Source: Bacteroidales bacterium (GTDB lineage: Bacteria > Bacteroidota > Bacteroidia > Bacteroidales > JAADJA01). Taken from it: a stretch of 64,000 bases of DNA. Below the pieces are notes generated by a model, which worked only from the letters and a program-made list of their open reading frames with translations, had not been told where the DNA came from and ran no database searches. This document shows positions 36,253 through 46,100 of the stretch, piece by piece. Each line of letters opens with the position of its first letter. The stretch's first letter is position 1. The position numbers and the translations under genes were made by a program. The stretch spans positions 1,277-65,276 of the forward strand of contig JAFGBL010000090.1 in assembly GCA_016933115.1 (NCBI GenBank), read 5' to 3'.

Positions 36253-39200
36253 TTACTTAATTATTACTTTTCCGGTTACAATAGCATTGGATGAAAGCAC
36301 TTTAACAATGTAATAGCCATTGATACCATTTACTGTATATGTATTAAGTCCTTCATTCAGGTTTTCACTCATTATTTTCTGACCCATCATGTTGAAAATT
36401 TCAACTGTACCGGTTGTCATTTCGGTTGCATTTACATATACATTTTCGTCAACCGACCATATCCTGATATTGTTTGCTTCATGTTCAGGTGTGTTAAGCG
36501 GAGTGAAATGAATAATAAACCGATCAGGGTCTGAGCCTTGTATATAATTAAATGTATATGAAGTTTCGAGCAGGTTCACCTGAGCTCCGGTGATTCCATC
36601 TTCCAGGACAATGTTACCAAACTCACTTGTTTCAATAGCTTCAATGGTATAAGTTCCCGATTGGCCGGCAACAAATGACATATGAACCAATGGAACAACA
36701 GGCAATGTGTTGATGGCTAATTCATTTCCATCACTGACCGTATAGATTTGGGGAACTGGTTCTGCGTTGGACAAAAGTTTGTGTGCATCAAATATCCTGT
36801 CGAATCCGGTAGATGCTTCATCCAGAAAGCGGATGTAGATTTTATCCGAATAATCATTTCCTGAAACCTGAAGGGCAAGTACATCTGCGATGGATTCCTT
36901 ATAAAAATTATCTGATCCGTTATGCGTTCTCCAACCATTTTCAAAATTAAATAATCCACCTGATGTTGCCTGCATAAAAAATCCCTGCGTTGCCGGTATT
37001 TCTGCAATTTCACCAACTCCGCCTGCACTTTCGGCGTAATCCAGATCAACATCTTTATAAATATACACAGCTCCATTCAATGATGTTGGGAAATCACCAT
37101 CAGTCACCATGGTGAAAATATCGATTGGTGAAGTGTACGGGTTTCCGAACAAATTCCATCCGCCGCCATCGAAAGTTCCGTTATCGGTATAATTTACCGA
37201 ATAGGTCCCAGCAGAATTATGCATATTGGAGAAAGGTCCGCCAAAATTCAGGTTATTTCCAACAGGATTTGGGCAGGAATAATTTAAATCCCTGAGCACG
37301 CTGTAACCTTTTCCGTTGTCGAAATTATATACAGCAGGATTGCTGCAATCACCGCCTTCCACATGTACCCAGGTATCGTTTGGCTCATCCCACCAGTTCA
37401 GGTAATAATCAGGAATAAGCTGGTCACTGGAAATTCCATTGGTCGGCATTGAAATGTAGTGCCAGCCATGGTTTACACCTGCGGATGAAGTGCCCATCAT
37501 TTCCCTGTAGAAATTGAAAGCGCCCGAACCTGTTGTTCCACCATTGTCAATGTATGAACCGACATTGGCAGTACCGTCATTTTCGATGGTGAAAGTACCA
37601 TTGTTGGTGAATAATCCGTTGGTAGTAAGATCACCGTTTACTCCGATATTCAATTGAGCATTGGCAGCAATAAAGAGTTGATTACAAATTGCACCGGAAG
37701 TTGAAATAACCGGGAATGGTGCTTTGGCACCGCTGACATCCGGAATTTCTACATTAAGCATATCGGTTGGAACCCCATTGTGCCAGTTCCCAGCTTCGCT
37801 CCATTCATTGCTGACAGCCCCGGTCCAATCAGTATAAATACCAACATTCAAAGCACCGGGGGTAGGTGGAGATTGATCATAGGTAGTAGTGACCAATTGT
37901 CCTCCTGAACCGTTGGGAATTCTTTGGTTTGAATGGCCAGCCGGGTTACCGCGTTCACCTTCATTAATTTGTGGTTGGCCGGGTGTAAGAACATCAAGAA
38001 GTCCTGTATCATCACCATCATTGGTATCATAAACCAAAGCATCCAGAATATTCACATTGGTCACCGGAGTACCATTTGGAAAATCAGTATCATCGCCTAA
38101 ATAAAGAGCAACAGCATCGGCACCATTTTGTAAGAAATTGTTGGCAAAAATTATGGAAGGAGTTGGAACTAAACCTGAATTTCCCAGGAGGAAATAACCG
38201 TTTGCATCCGTTGAGAATCCATCCAAATCGTATGCAGCATAGGAAGCATCGTTACTACCATTATAAAGAATCACAACCAGACCTGTTAAGTCAGTATTTC
38301 CAAAACCACCATCATATAACTCAATGAACTCCAAAACGTCAGTACTTTCCGTATCTGAATCAACTTCGTTGATTATAACAAAGTCAGCTACCGGGCAAGC
38401 TTCGCAGGAATTGAAGCAAACCAAATCGAGGGTTAAATCTCCAGTTGGGGTTGTCATGAAACGGTTTCCACCATCCCATACCACACAAGGACCATTAAAT
38501 CCCTCCCAACCACCTGGGCCGTTTTTAAATTTATATTCATGGTAGGATCCTTCCTCCAATAATACTGTAAGTTGATAAATGCTACCGGATGAGTTGATCA
38601 TTGGCTGATCGGACCAACCGTTGAAATCTCCGGCTAAATAAACATCTCCTGATACACTTTCATTCTTCATATCTACCTGGAAGGTAATATTCCAGTCAGG
38701 AGTGCCGCAATCGGTACAAGAATTAAAACAAACCACTGGGATAGAATAATTCGAACTGCCTACCGTTTCATACCTGTTATCAGTTGAGGGAAATTCACAT
38801 TCTGATGGTATACTTTCCCAATTTCCGCTATTTACGTACTTGAACTGATAAGTAAGCCCTTCATAAAGCTGAATAGTAGTTGTATAAACTTGGTCTGCGT
38901 CTCCATCAAACATCTCGGTAGTAGTGGGATTCCATCCATTAAATTCTCCTGCAAGAAAAACGCCACTTGTTACGGTTTGTTCTTCCATATTCACCTGGAA
39001 AGTCACATCGATGAGGTTGGCCTGATAAATAGAAATGTTATCAACCTGCCACCACCTGTAAGTAGATGGCTCATTATATTCATAATGGTATTTAAATGCA
39101 ATATAAACGTTTGAGCCACTAATACCTGATAAATCCAAGAGCCCAGATGAAGAATATATATTTGGGTCCGCAGGTTGTGTGTAACTTATTTCGTTCCAAG

Positions 39201-40389
39201 TAGCTGATGAGGGATCTCCAACTCCATAATAGTCTGGTGACCATAATACTTTTAAATAATTAATTTCATCATCTGTACCATATTGATACCAGGTATCAAA
39301 AGTCATGCGTTCATTGGAGTAACCATCAAAATTAATTCCTGGTAAAATAAGCCAATCCTCTTCTGTGTCTCCAGTATTAAAACCATTCATATCTGCATAA
39401 CCATTACCGCTATATGAACTATAAACCCATGTCTCAAGCGGACCTGAAACACTGTAAACATAACAATCACCAAGGTCAGTATTGAAAGGTTCGAAATAAG
39501 GTAGTGTAGTCATAACTGGGGTTTCAACTGTACCTGTACAGGTCACAGTTCTGTCTGTGGCTCCGGGAGAAGTTATAAGTATATCCTCAACATAAGTTGT
39601 GGCAGCTAATCCAGCCTGTAGTCTCGTATAAATAGTTGTTGTGGATACAACACCTCCTGTTTGAGTTAAAGTAATCGGAGTAAGTTGATAGGTTGAATTA
39701 TCCAATGAAATTTCAAAATTTATTGAAGGATTAACAGTAATGTCATCTGTTAGATCAAATCCTTCAACTGTAAAAGTTTGTTCTGCTGAAGGCCCATTGC
39801 CCAATTCATAATTGAATCCTGTAAGAGATGTTTCTGAAACTGTAATAGTTGGTGTCCCTGACATTGTATGCGAAAAAGAAAAATCATCCCAATAAACAGT
39901 CGCTCCTGAATAGGTTCTAACTTCAAAATAGAAATTATCAGCAGCAGCTGGGGCCGTTACAGTTACCGAATAGGAAGACCACACTCCGCCATTATTAGCA
40001 AAATAAGAATTATTTGGACCTCTTAATTCAGCAGCATTATCAGGTAAAGTCGTGGTACCAGTTCTCCAATAACACCAAATTCTTGCATCAGTCCCATCAC
40101 CTGATGTAACTTTATACCAGATAGTTAAGTCATAATCATCACCTGGTATAATTCCATTAATAGTCTGTCCCAAATCACTTGTACCACCTAGATGTTTGGC
40201 TGAATATGTTCCGCCATGAACAAATTCTGCAGTTGATTCTTGTGTTACATTTTCAACATGAGTCCAACTTGTTGGTGTGTTTATATCATCCCAACTTTCA
40301 AAATTCCCATTTAATAAAACTTCCTGTCCAAATCCATTAATGACATAGGCCATAAATATCAGGACAAATGGAATTGTAATTCTTTTCAT
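36253..40389 (-). CDS. T9SS-secreted protein with CBM-like domains, two starch-binding-like repeats, a lamin-tail domain (LTD) and a T9SS CTD
   Basis: A signal peptide is present and the N-terminal LLNGNFESW resembles CBM4/9. Two repeats of the form F.V.M...V(S)G.V(F/Y)LAG.FNGW... each end in VCFNSCxxC. The LTD-like stretch is DFVIINEVDSD..VLEFIELYDGG..DLTGLVVILYNG (about 37963-38397). The C-terminus NIRIWSVDENVYV...GYYIVKVLSSNAIVTGKVIIK is a T9SS CTD. Confidence 0.8.
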   Translation of the reverse strand: MKRITIPFVLIFMAYVINGFGQEVLLNGNFESWDDINTPTSWTHVENVTQESTAEFVHGGTYSAKHLGGTSDLGQTINGIIPGDDYDLTIWYKVTSGDGTDARIWCYWRTGTTTLPDNAAELRGPNNSYFANNGGVWSSYSVTVTAPAAADNFYFEVRTYSGATVYWDDFSFSHTMSGTPTITVSETSLTGFNYELGNGPSAEQTFTVEGFDLTDDITVNPSINFEISLDNSTYQLTPITLTQTGGVVSTTTIYTRLQAGLAATTYVEDILITSPGATDRTVTCTGTVETPVMTTLPYFEPFNTDLGDCYVYSVSGPLETWVYSSYSGNGYADMNGFNTGDTEEDWLILPGINFDGYSNERMTFDTWYQYGTDDEINYLKVLWSPDYYGVGDPSSATWNEISYTQPADPNIYSSSGLLDLSGISGSNVYIAFKYHYEYNEPSTYRWWQVDNISIYQANLIDVTFQVNMEEQTVTSGVFLAGEFNGWNPTTTEMFDGDADQVYTTTIQLYEGLTYQFKYVNSGNWESIPSECEFPSTDNRYETVGSSNYSIPVVCFNSCTDCGTPDWNITFQVDMKNESVSGDVYLAGDFNGWSDQPMINSSGSIYQLTVLLEEGSYHEYKFKNGPGGWEGFNGPCVVWDGGNRFMTTPTGDLTLDLVCFNSCEACPVADFVIINEVDSDTESTDVLEFIELYDGGFGNTDLTGLVVILYNGSNDASYAAYDLDGFSTDANGYFLLGNSGLVPTPSIIFANNFLQNGADAVALYLGDDTDFPNGTPVTNVNILDALVYDTNDGDDTGLLDVLTPGQPQINEGERGNPAGHSNQRIPNGSGGQLVTTTYDQSPPTPGALNVGIYTDWTGAVSNEWSEAGNWHNGVPTDMLNVEIPDVSGAKAPFPVISTSGAICNQLFIAANAQLNIGVNGDLTTNGLFTNNGTFTIENDGTANVGSYIDNGGTTGSGAFNFYREMMGTSSAGVNHGWHYISMPTNGISSDQLIPDYYLNWWDEPNDTWVHVEGGDCSNPAVYNFDNGKGYSVLRDLNYSCPNPVGNNLNFGGPFSNMHNSAGTYSVNYTDNGTFDGGGWNLFGNPYTSPIDIFTMVTDGDFPTSLNGAVYIYKDVDLDYAESAGGVGEIAEIPATQGFFMQATSGGLFNFENGWRTHNGSDNFYKESIADVLALQVSGNDYSDKIYIRFLDEASTGFDRIFDAHKLLSNAEPVPQIYTVSDGNELAINTLPVVPLVHMSFVAGQSGTYTIEAIETSEFGNIVLEDGITGAQVNLLETSYTFNYIQGSDPDRFIIHFTPLNTPEHEANNIRIWSVDENVYVNATEMTTGTVEIFNMMGQKIMSENLNEGLNTYTVNGINGYYIVKVLSSNAIVTGKVIIK

Positions 40390-40513
40390 AATGCTAAATT
40401 TTTAAATTATACATAAAGTTAATTTTCTGTTAAATGAATAAAAAAATCTGAATTTAAGATTAATAAATCATTCAATATAATCATGAATAGTCATCATTCT
40501 TATAATGGGTGCC

Positions 40514-40521
40514 CAAAGTTA
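40514..40521 (-). promoter_or_regulatory. Candidate -7 promoter box (TAACTTTG on the minus strand) upstream of the 1378-aa gene
   Basis: Exact TAnnTTTG match, but 125 nt upstream of the ATG at 40389. That would imply a long leader. Confidence 0.3.
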
Positions 40522-40568
40522 GATAAAAAATATGTGTAAAAAGCCATGAGATTTAGATTGTTGAAAAC

Positions 40569-41204
40569 TTATTTGCGGCCAAAATCAGCAGGTATTTCAC
40601 CCCAATATTCTGTCTCCCACTTCAATATCTTGTTCTTGTAATCATTATTCTCAAGCCAATAAATTGCACGGTCTACCAACTCAAATAGCTTTTCATTTAT
40701 ATTGTTCCTTTCAAGCTTGGTTTTCACCCGTTTATTTTTCACCCATGAGATCGCTGTGCGCGAATCGGAATAAACCGGAATTTGGCTGTTTTTTTGTTTT
40801 AATAATGCAATCCCATGAACCAAAGCCAAAAACTCACCAATGTTAACCGTTCCTTCGGGAAAAGGGCCTTTTCTGAAAATTTCCCGACCCGTTGATGTAT
40901 AAACCCCTCTGTATTCTAGCACACCCGGATTTCCGCTGCAGGCCGCATCAACTGCCAGGCTGTTTTTAACCGGTTCGCCAATGAGTTGTTTTTCTTCATC
41001 TGAGAACCTGATGATGCGTTCATCTATTCCGATATATCCTTCACTGCCTTCTTTAAAAGCCTTTTTGGCCAATACCTCGTTAGAAAATGATTTATACACA
41101 GCCTCCGCATAACCTTCGATTTGGTTTTTACAATCTTCCCACGTGTGATATATACCTGGTATACGTCCTTTCCAGACTACATAATATTTTTTATTTTTCC
41201 CCAT
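40569..41204 (-). CDS. rnhA: Ribonuclease H1 with an N-terminal hybrid-binding (RNase H1 N-terminal/caulimovirus-VI-like) domain
   Basis: The N-terminus KKYYVVWKGRIPGIYHTWEDCKNQIEGYAEAVYKSFSNEVLAKKAF matches the HBD pattern. The C-terminal half has an RNase H fold pattern (AVDAACSGNPG..EYRGV...NIGEFLALVHGI...YSDSRTAISW). The ATG is at 41204, while the track starts at GTG 41219. Confidence 0.8.
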   Translation of the reverse strand: MGKNKKYYVVWKGRIPGIYHTWEDCKNQIEGYAEAVYKSFSNEVLAKKAFKEGSEGYIGIDERIIRFSDEEKQLIGEPVKNSLAVDAACSGNPGVLEYRGVYTSTGREIFRKGPFPEGTVNIGEFLALVHGIALLKQKNSQIPVYSDSRTAISWVKNKRVKTKLERNNINEKLFELVDRAIYWLENNDYKNKILKWETEYWGEIPADFGRK

Positions 41205-41307
41205 GAAAAAGCCTTGCACTAATCAGATTAGGAGCAAGGCAAAAATTTTTTGAGATTGTTAACTACGACAAGTAAAAAAACTCTCAAGAAATAAAAGGGA
41301 TTAATTT

Positions 41308-41532
41308 TTACGGCTTACGCAAATGATAAATTTTCCTGGCTCCGTATGCTGCTCCCATGCTGATTAAAATAGCCAACCCACTTCCGACCGGTGATCCGCC
41401 ACCAACCGGGTCATCACCACCTCCTGGCCCCCCACCCGGATCAGGTGGTTGATCTGCAAAGATATTGTTAATAAATATGGGTGAAACCAGTAACATCAAC
41501 ACGATTAATACAGCAGATAATTTTTTCTTCAT
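41308..41532 (-). CDS. 74-aa mini-protein, paralogue of 36004-36228 (signal peptide, Pro/Gly linker, TM helix, basic tail)
   Basis: The sequence is MKKKLSAVLIVLMLLVSPIFINNIFA | DQPPDPGGGPGGGDDPVGGGSPVGSG | LAILISMGAAYGA | RKIYHLRKP. It has its own candidate -7 box 20 nt upstream. Confidence 0.6.
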   Translation of the reverse strand: MKKKLSAVLIVLMLLVSPIFINNIFADQPPDPGGGPGGGDDPVGGGSPVGSGLAILISMGAAYGARKIYHLRKP

Positions 41533-41551
41533 ATTTGTAGTAAATTTATTT

Positions 41552-41559
41552 CAAATATA
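41552..41559 (-). promoter_or_regulatory. Candidate -7 promoter box (TATATTTG on the minus strand) for the second mini-protein gene
   Basis: Exact TAnnTTTG match, 20 nt upstream of the ATG at 41532. Confidence 0.45.
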
Positions 41560-41766
41560 AAAATTCATTCCGATCTTTAACACTTTAACAGTTAACAATT
41601 AGATTCTTAGAATCTTTATTTTCCACTTTTTATGGAAGATCAAATATAGATAAAAATTTCTATTACAAATTAACTCATCATTAATTTTTTTTAAACTTTG
41701 TTAAAATGATCAAAACTATACACATACCTATCTCTTTTTCAAATATTTATGCGGTGAATAAGTTTT

Positions 41767-42624
41767 ATGTATAATTTTGCCCGGAATTATATTAAACATT
41801 TATTCATGATAGATAAAAATTCAGATAAAAAAAATTTCAGACCTAAAAACGGATTCAGGAAAAAAACGGAAAGAATAGAAGAACCCCAAAGCAAGGCAAA
41901 AAAATATGAAATTCAACCTGTCCGGTTGAATAAATATATTGCTAATGCCGGAATCTGTTCGCGAAGGGAAGCCGATAAACTCATTTTATCCGGAGTGATA
42001 AAAGTGAATGGTGAAGTTGTAAAAGAGATGGGAACAAAAGTACTGCCAACCGACAAAGTGCAATTTGACGATCAGGTTCTGAAAGCCGAAAAAAAATACT
42101 ATGTACTTCTCAATAAACCTAAAGGATATATCACAACCACCGATGATCCGTTTGACAGGAAAACGGTGATGTTTCTGACAAAAAATGCCTGCAAGGAAAG
42201 GATTTACCCGGTTGGCAGGCTTGATAGAAACACCACGGGTTTGCTTCTAATGACAAATGATGGCGATCTGGCCAAAAAACTGACTCACCCGAAACACAAA
42301 GTCAGGAAAATTTATCATGTTGTTCTGGACAAAAACCTGCAAAAGGCCGATATGATGAAAATTGCCAATGGTTTGGAACTGGAAGACGGTTTTATCAAAG
42401 TGGATGAAATTGCTTATGTAAAAGATTCGACGAGTAAAAAGGAAATTGGAATTGAAATTCATTCGGGTAAAAATTGGATCGTTCGGAGGATTTTCGAATC
42501 ACTCGATTATAAAGTGGAAAAATTGGATAGGGTAATGTTTGCAGGTTTAACCAAAAAAGATATCCCAAGAGGAAAATGGAGATTTTTAACTGAAAAAGAA
42601 CTTAATTTTCTTAGAATGTTGTAG
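41767..42624 (+). CDS. Pseudouridine synthase, RsuA/RluB family, with an S4 domain
   Basis: The S4 motif is VRLNKYIANAGICSRREADKLI. The catalytic motif is GRLDRNTTGLLLMTNDG. The N-terminal extension is basic. The start may instead be the Met at 41806. Confidence 0.85.
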   Translation: MYNFARNYIKHLFMIDKNSDKKNFRPKNGFRKKTERIEEPQSKAKKYEIQPVRLNKYIANAGICSRREADKLILSGVIKVNGEVVKEMGTKVLPTDKVQFDDQVLKAEKKYYVLLNKPKGYITTTDDPFDRKTVMFLTKNACKERIYPVGRLDRNTTGLLLMTNDGDLAKKLTHPKHKVRKIYHVVLDKNLQKADMMKIANGLELEDGFIKVDEIAYVKDSTSKKEIGIEIHSGKNWIVRRIFESLDYKVEKLDRVMFAGLTKKDIPRGKWRFLTEKELNFLRML

Positions 42625-42788
42625 CTCGTATTAAACACGAAAATAAGTGCAATTTTGTATTTATTATTATGGATTACCATAAGAACATTTTGACAAAATC
42701 AACCCATTTTCCCAATACTAAAAATCAAATATTGTAAATCCCCGGGAAATGGTGAATACCGATTTCTGATTTTTACTGTGGCGTCCTG

Positions 42789-42914
42789 ATGATCATATCA
42801 GTCTCAGGTTTATTTATCATCTTATTATGCAAAAACGGTAAAACGGGCGGTGGAACAATATGGACCCTGATCGGAATTTTGATCCCGGTTATCTTTTTGC
42901 TAATTTTTTATTAA
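42789..42914 (+). CDS. Possible 41-aa two-helix membrane peptide (below the ORF-track cutoff)
   Basis: My translation is MIISVSGLFIILLCKNGKTGGGTIWTLIGILIPVIFLLIFY. There is no supporting promoter or homology evidence, so it may be non-coding. Confidence 0.2.
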   Translation: MIISVSGLFIILLCKNGKTGGGTIWTLIGILIPVIFLLIFY

Positions 42915-43123
42915 AAATTTTTTTAATCAATTTTTTTTTCTAACTTGCGCAATAATTCAACTGATAGAGGTAATTAATCAACCCGGCCAAATAATAGAAT
43001 TGCCTGTAACAGTGAGGTTTTGCTGATTTACAGCAATGTAAAATCAAGGTAATGGTAAAATAGTATTGATTCCTGACAGAATCATACAGTGTGTTTGACA
43101 CACAACTAAAATCAAGACATAAT

Positions 43124-46100
43124 ATGTCGATGCAGGACTTTGAGGACAAACGTCTTGAAGATCGCAGGATGGAGGAGGATCACAATAAACTGGAGTCGGG
43201 TCAGAATGCAGGCAGACCTGATAAGAAGTTGCTATTGGGCACTGTCCAATTCTATGAAGACATCCTGCTATCCCTGTATAAATCCCTGATAGTTGTATAC
43301 AATAGTGACGGAAAACACATTGAGGTTTGGGGAGATGCAAACCTGAAAAAAATTTTGGGAATTCAAACCGGAGAATTAAAAGGCAAATTACTCGAAGATA
43401 TCCTACCTGAATTACAGGCCGCAGAGTTTAAAAATTATATTAAAAAAGTTTTTGACAATAACCAATCTGAAATTTTTAATATTAATCTAGATTTCCCTAA
43501 AGGCTCATTTTGGCTTGAAGTATCTTTATCACCCCTATCAGATTCAAATGGAAAAACTTCTGCCGTAGTTGGCTATCTTCGTGATATTACCGACACTGTT
43601 CAGCACGAAAAAGATCTTATTACTTCCAAAGAAAAATACCAAAATCTTGTAAACCTGGCACCTGATGGTATTTTGACCGTAAACCTGAAAGGAATTGTTA
43701 CCTCTGTAAATACAACACTCCTGAATATTTCAGGATTTCAAGAGGAAGATTTAACGGGGAAAAAATTGAACCGGCTACCTATCTTCGGCCCGCAAAATAT
43801 GCCACAGGTCTCTGCCATTATTGAAACAATTAACAGCAGGCAACATCCCGGAAATTTTGAATTTGAATGGACAAATAACCTGGGTGAAAAAATCTGTACG
43901 GAGGTTCACAGCAGCCCCATCAAAAAGAATGAAAGGTTATCGGGATTCCAGTTCACATTGACCGATATTACTGAAAAGAAAAATATTGTCAGAGATCTCC
44001 TTAAAAGCAAACAGGCTTACAAAGTAATCATTGAAAATGCCCACGAAGCCATTTATGTGATACAAAACGACCAGATCAGGTTCTGTAATTCGAAGTTACT
44101 TGAATTGGTCAAACACAGCATGGATGAATTATTGAATATCAATTTTTATGGATTTATCCATCCGGATGAAATGGAATATTTGAGAGCTGAAGTGAATGAA
44201 CATTTAACAGGTAAGGTCAAACAAAAAAAATACGTCTTCAGGGTACTTGATAAAAATAGCGAAACACGGTGGCTTGAAAATACGGCTGTCCTGATCGATT
44301 GGGAAAATAAACCGGCCTTGCTTGCTTTTGCAAATGATATCACTGATTTCAAAGTTTCAGAAGAAAAGGAAAGAAAACACCTCACCAGCCTCGAATTTAT
44401 TTCCCAAAAGGCCATGGAATTTGTGGAGCTAAATGCCGATTACAATGTGTACAAGTTCCTGGGTGAAAAAATTAAAGAAATCATAGGAGAATCCATTATC
44501 CTGCTTGTATCCTATGACAAACCCTCAGATCAAACCAAAATTGAACATATTGAGGGGCAGGGAGAATTTTGCGATAACCTGCTTAAAATTTTGACCGTTA
44601 GCCAGGATCAGGTCAACGTAAAGATTAACCATGAATTATTGCGAAATCTTTCCTATGGGAAATTGATCAAATATAACGATGGTTTATTTGAAAAAGGATA
44701 CAGTATTTTCCTTAATAATACTTACAAGAGGATTCAGAGTAAGCTGGAGGTCGGTGGCATTTTCCTCATTGGCCTTACCTGGGAAAATACCGTCTATGGC
44801 AATGCAATGATATTCCTGCCTAAAGGAAAACAACTGGAAAACCCAGAAGCAATTGAAACGGTTGTTAAGCTTGGATCCATCGCATTGCAGCGTAAAAAAG
44901 CAGAAGATGCCCTTCGCCACAGTGAAGAAAAATATCGCAGGATTTTTGAATCCTACCAGGATGTTTATTTCAAAACCGATATTGATGGTTTGATAACTGA
45001 AATTAGTCCATCCGTTGGTAAAATTGGCGGATATGAAAGGAATGATATCCAGGGCCGGTTTATTCAAGAATTTTTTGTTGAAAAATCCATTACCAAATCA
45101 CTTGGAAAAATATTGTTGAAAAATGAATCCATCATCGACCAGGATATCAAACTGATCAAAAAGAACGGTTCTTTGATTGATGCCTCCCTGAATGCCCGGT
45201 TGCTCAGGGATCAAAATGGAAACCCCACTGGGTCGGAAGGTGTGATCCGTGATATCAGTGAAAGGAAAAAAGCAGAAACCGATTTCCAGAAAAGTGAAGA
45301 AAAATTCAGGACACTGGCCAATTTCACATATGATTGGGAATATTGGGTTGCCCCGGATCATAAAATCATTTACATGTCGCCTTCCTGCCTGAGGAGTTCT
45401 GGCTATTCTGCGGATGAATTTACAAATGATCCCGACCTGTTAATCAGGATAACTCATCCTGATGACCGTGAGACCTTCAAAAAGCACTTACAAGATGAAG
45501 TGACATTCGATGAGCCCTTAAAATTTGATTACCGAATAATTACTAAAACCGGAGAAACCAAATGGTTGAACCACAACTGCCAAAAAGTTTACGGAGTGGA
45601 TGGACGATACCTTGGAAGAAGGGCCAGCAACAGGGATATAACCGACCGGAAGGCAGCCGAAGAACAACTCCGAAACAGTGAAGAAAGGTTTAGAACTCTT
45701 TTCTTCGAATCTCCTGACGCAGTTTTTGTAGAGGATTACGAAGGAAATATTTTAGATGTGAATCCGGCAGCCTGCAAACTTCATAAGATGGAGAAAAATG
45801 AGTTGGTCGGTAAAAACATACTGGATATTGTCCCTTCAAGTCATGTCGACAAGGTGGCTGAAGAATTTCCCAAATGGATTACCGGTGAAATTGTTAACCA
45901 CCGCGGTTATTCAAAGGCATCCGACGGTGAATGCTTTCCGGTTGAGATACGAGCAAGTAAGATCAATTACTCTGATAAAAAAGCGCTATTGTTTATCGTA
46001 AGGGATATTACCCTGATCCAGGAAACGGAAGATAAGTTAAAAGAAGCAGTTGCAAAGGCCGAAGAAGCTGATATGCTTAAATCGGTATTCCTGGCCAATA

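Noticed and set aside
41601-41615. Perfect palindrome AGATTC-tta-GAATCT in the mini-protein 2 / pseudouridine synthase intergenic region
   Set aside because: It is a single 6-bp half-site palindrome in AT-rich DNA, which is expected by chance. No related site was seen elsewhere in the window.
43089-43103. Small inverted repeat gtgtg-tttga-cacac just upstream of the histidine kinase start
   Set aside because: The stem is only 5 bp, there is no second copy in the window and no terminator-like T-run. This is insufficient to call an operator or a structured RNA.
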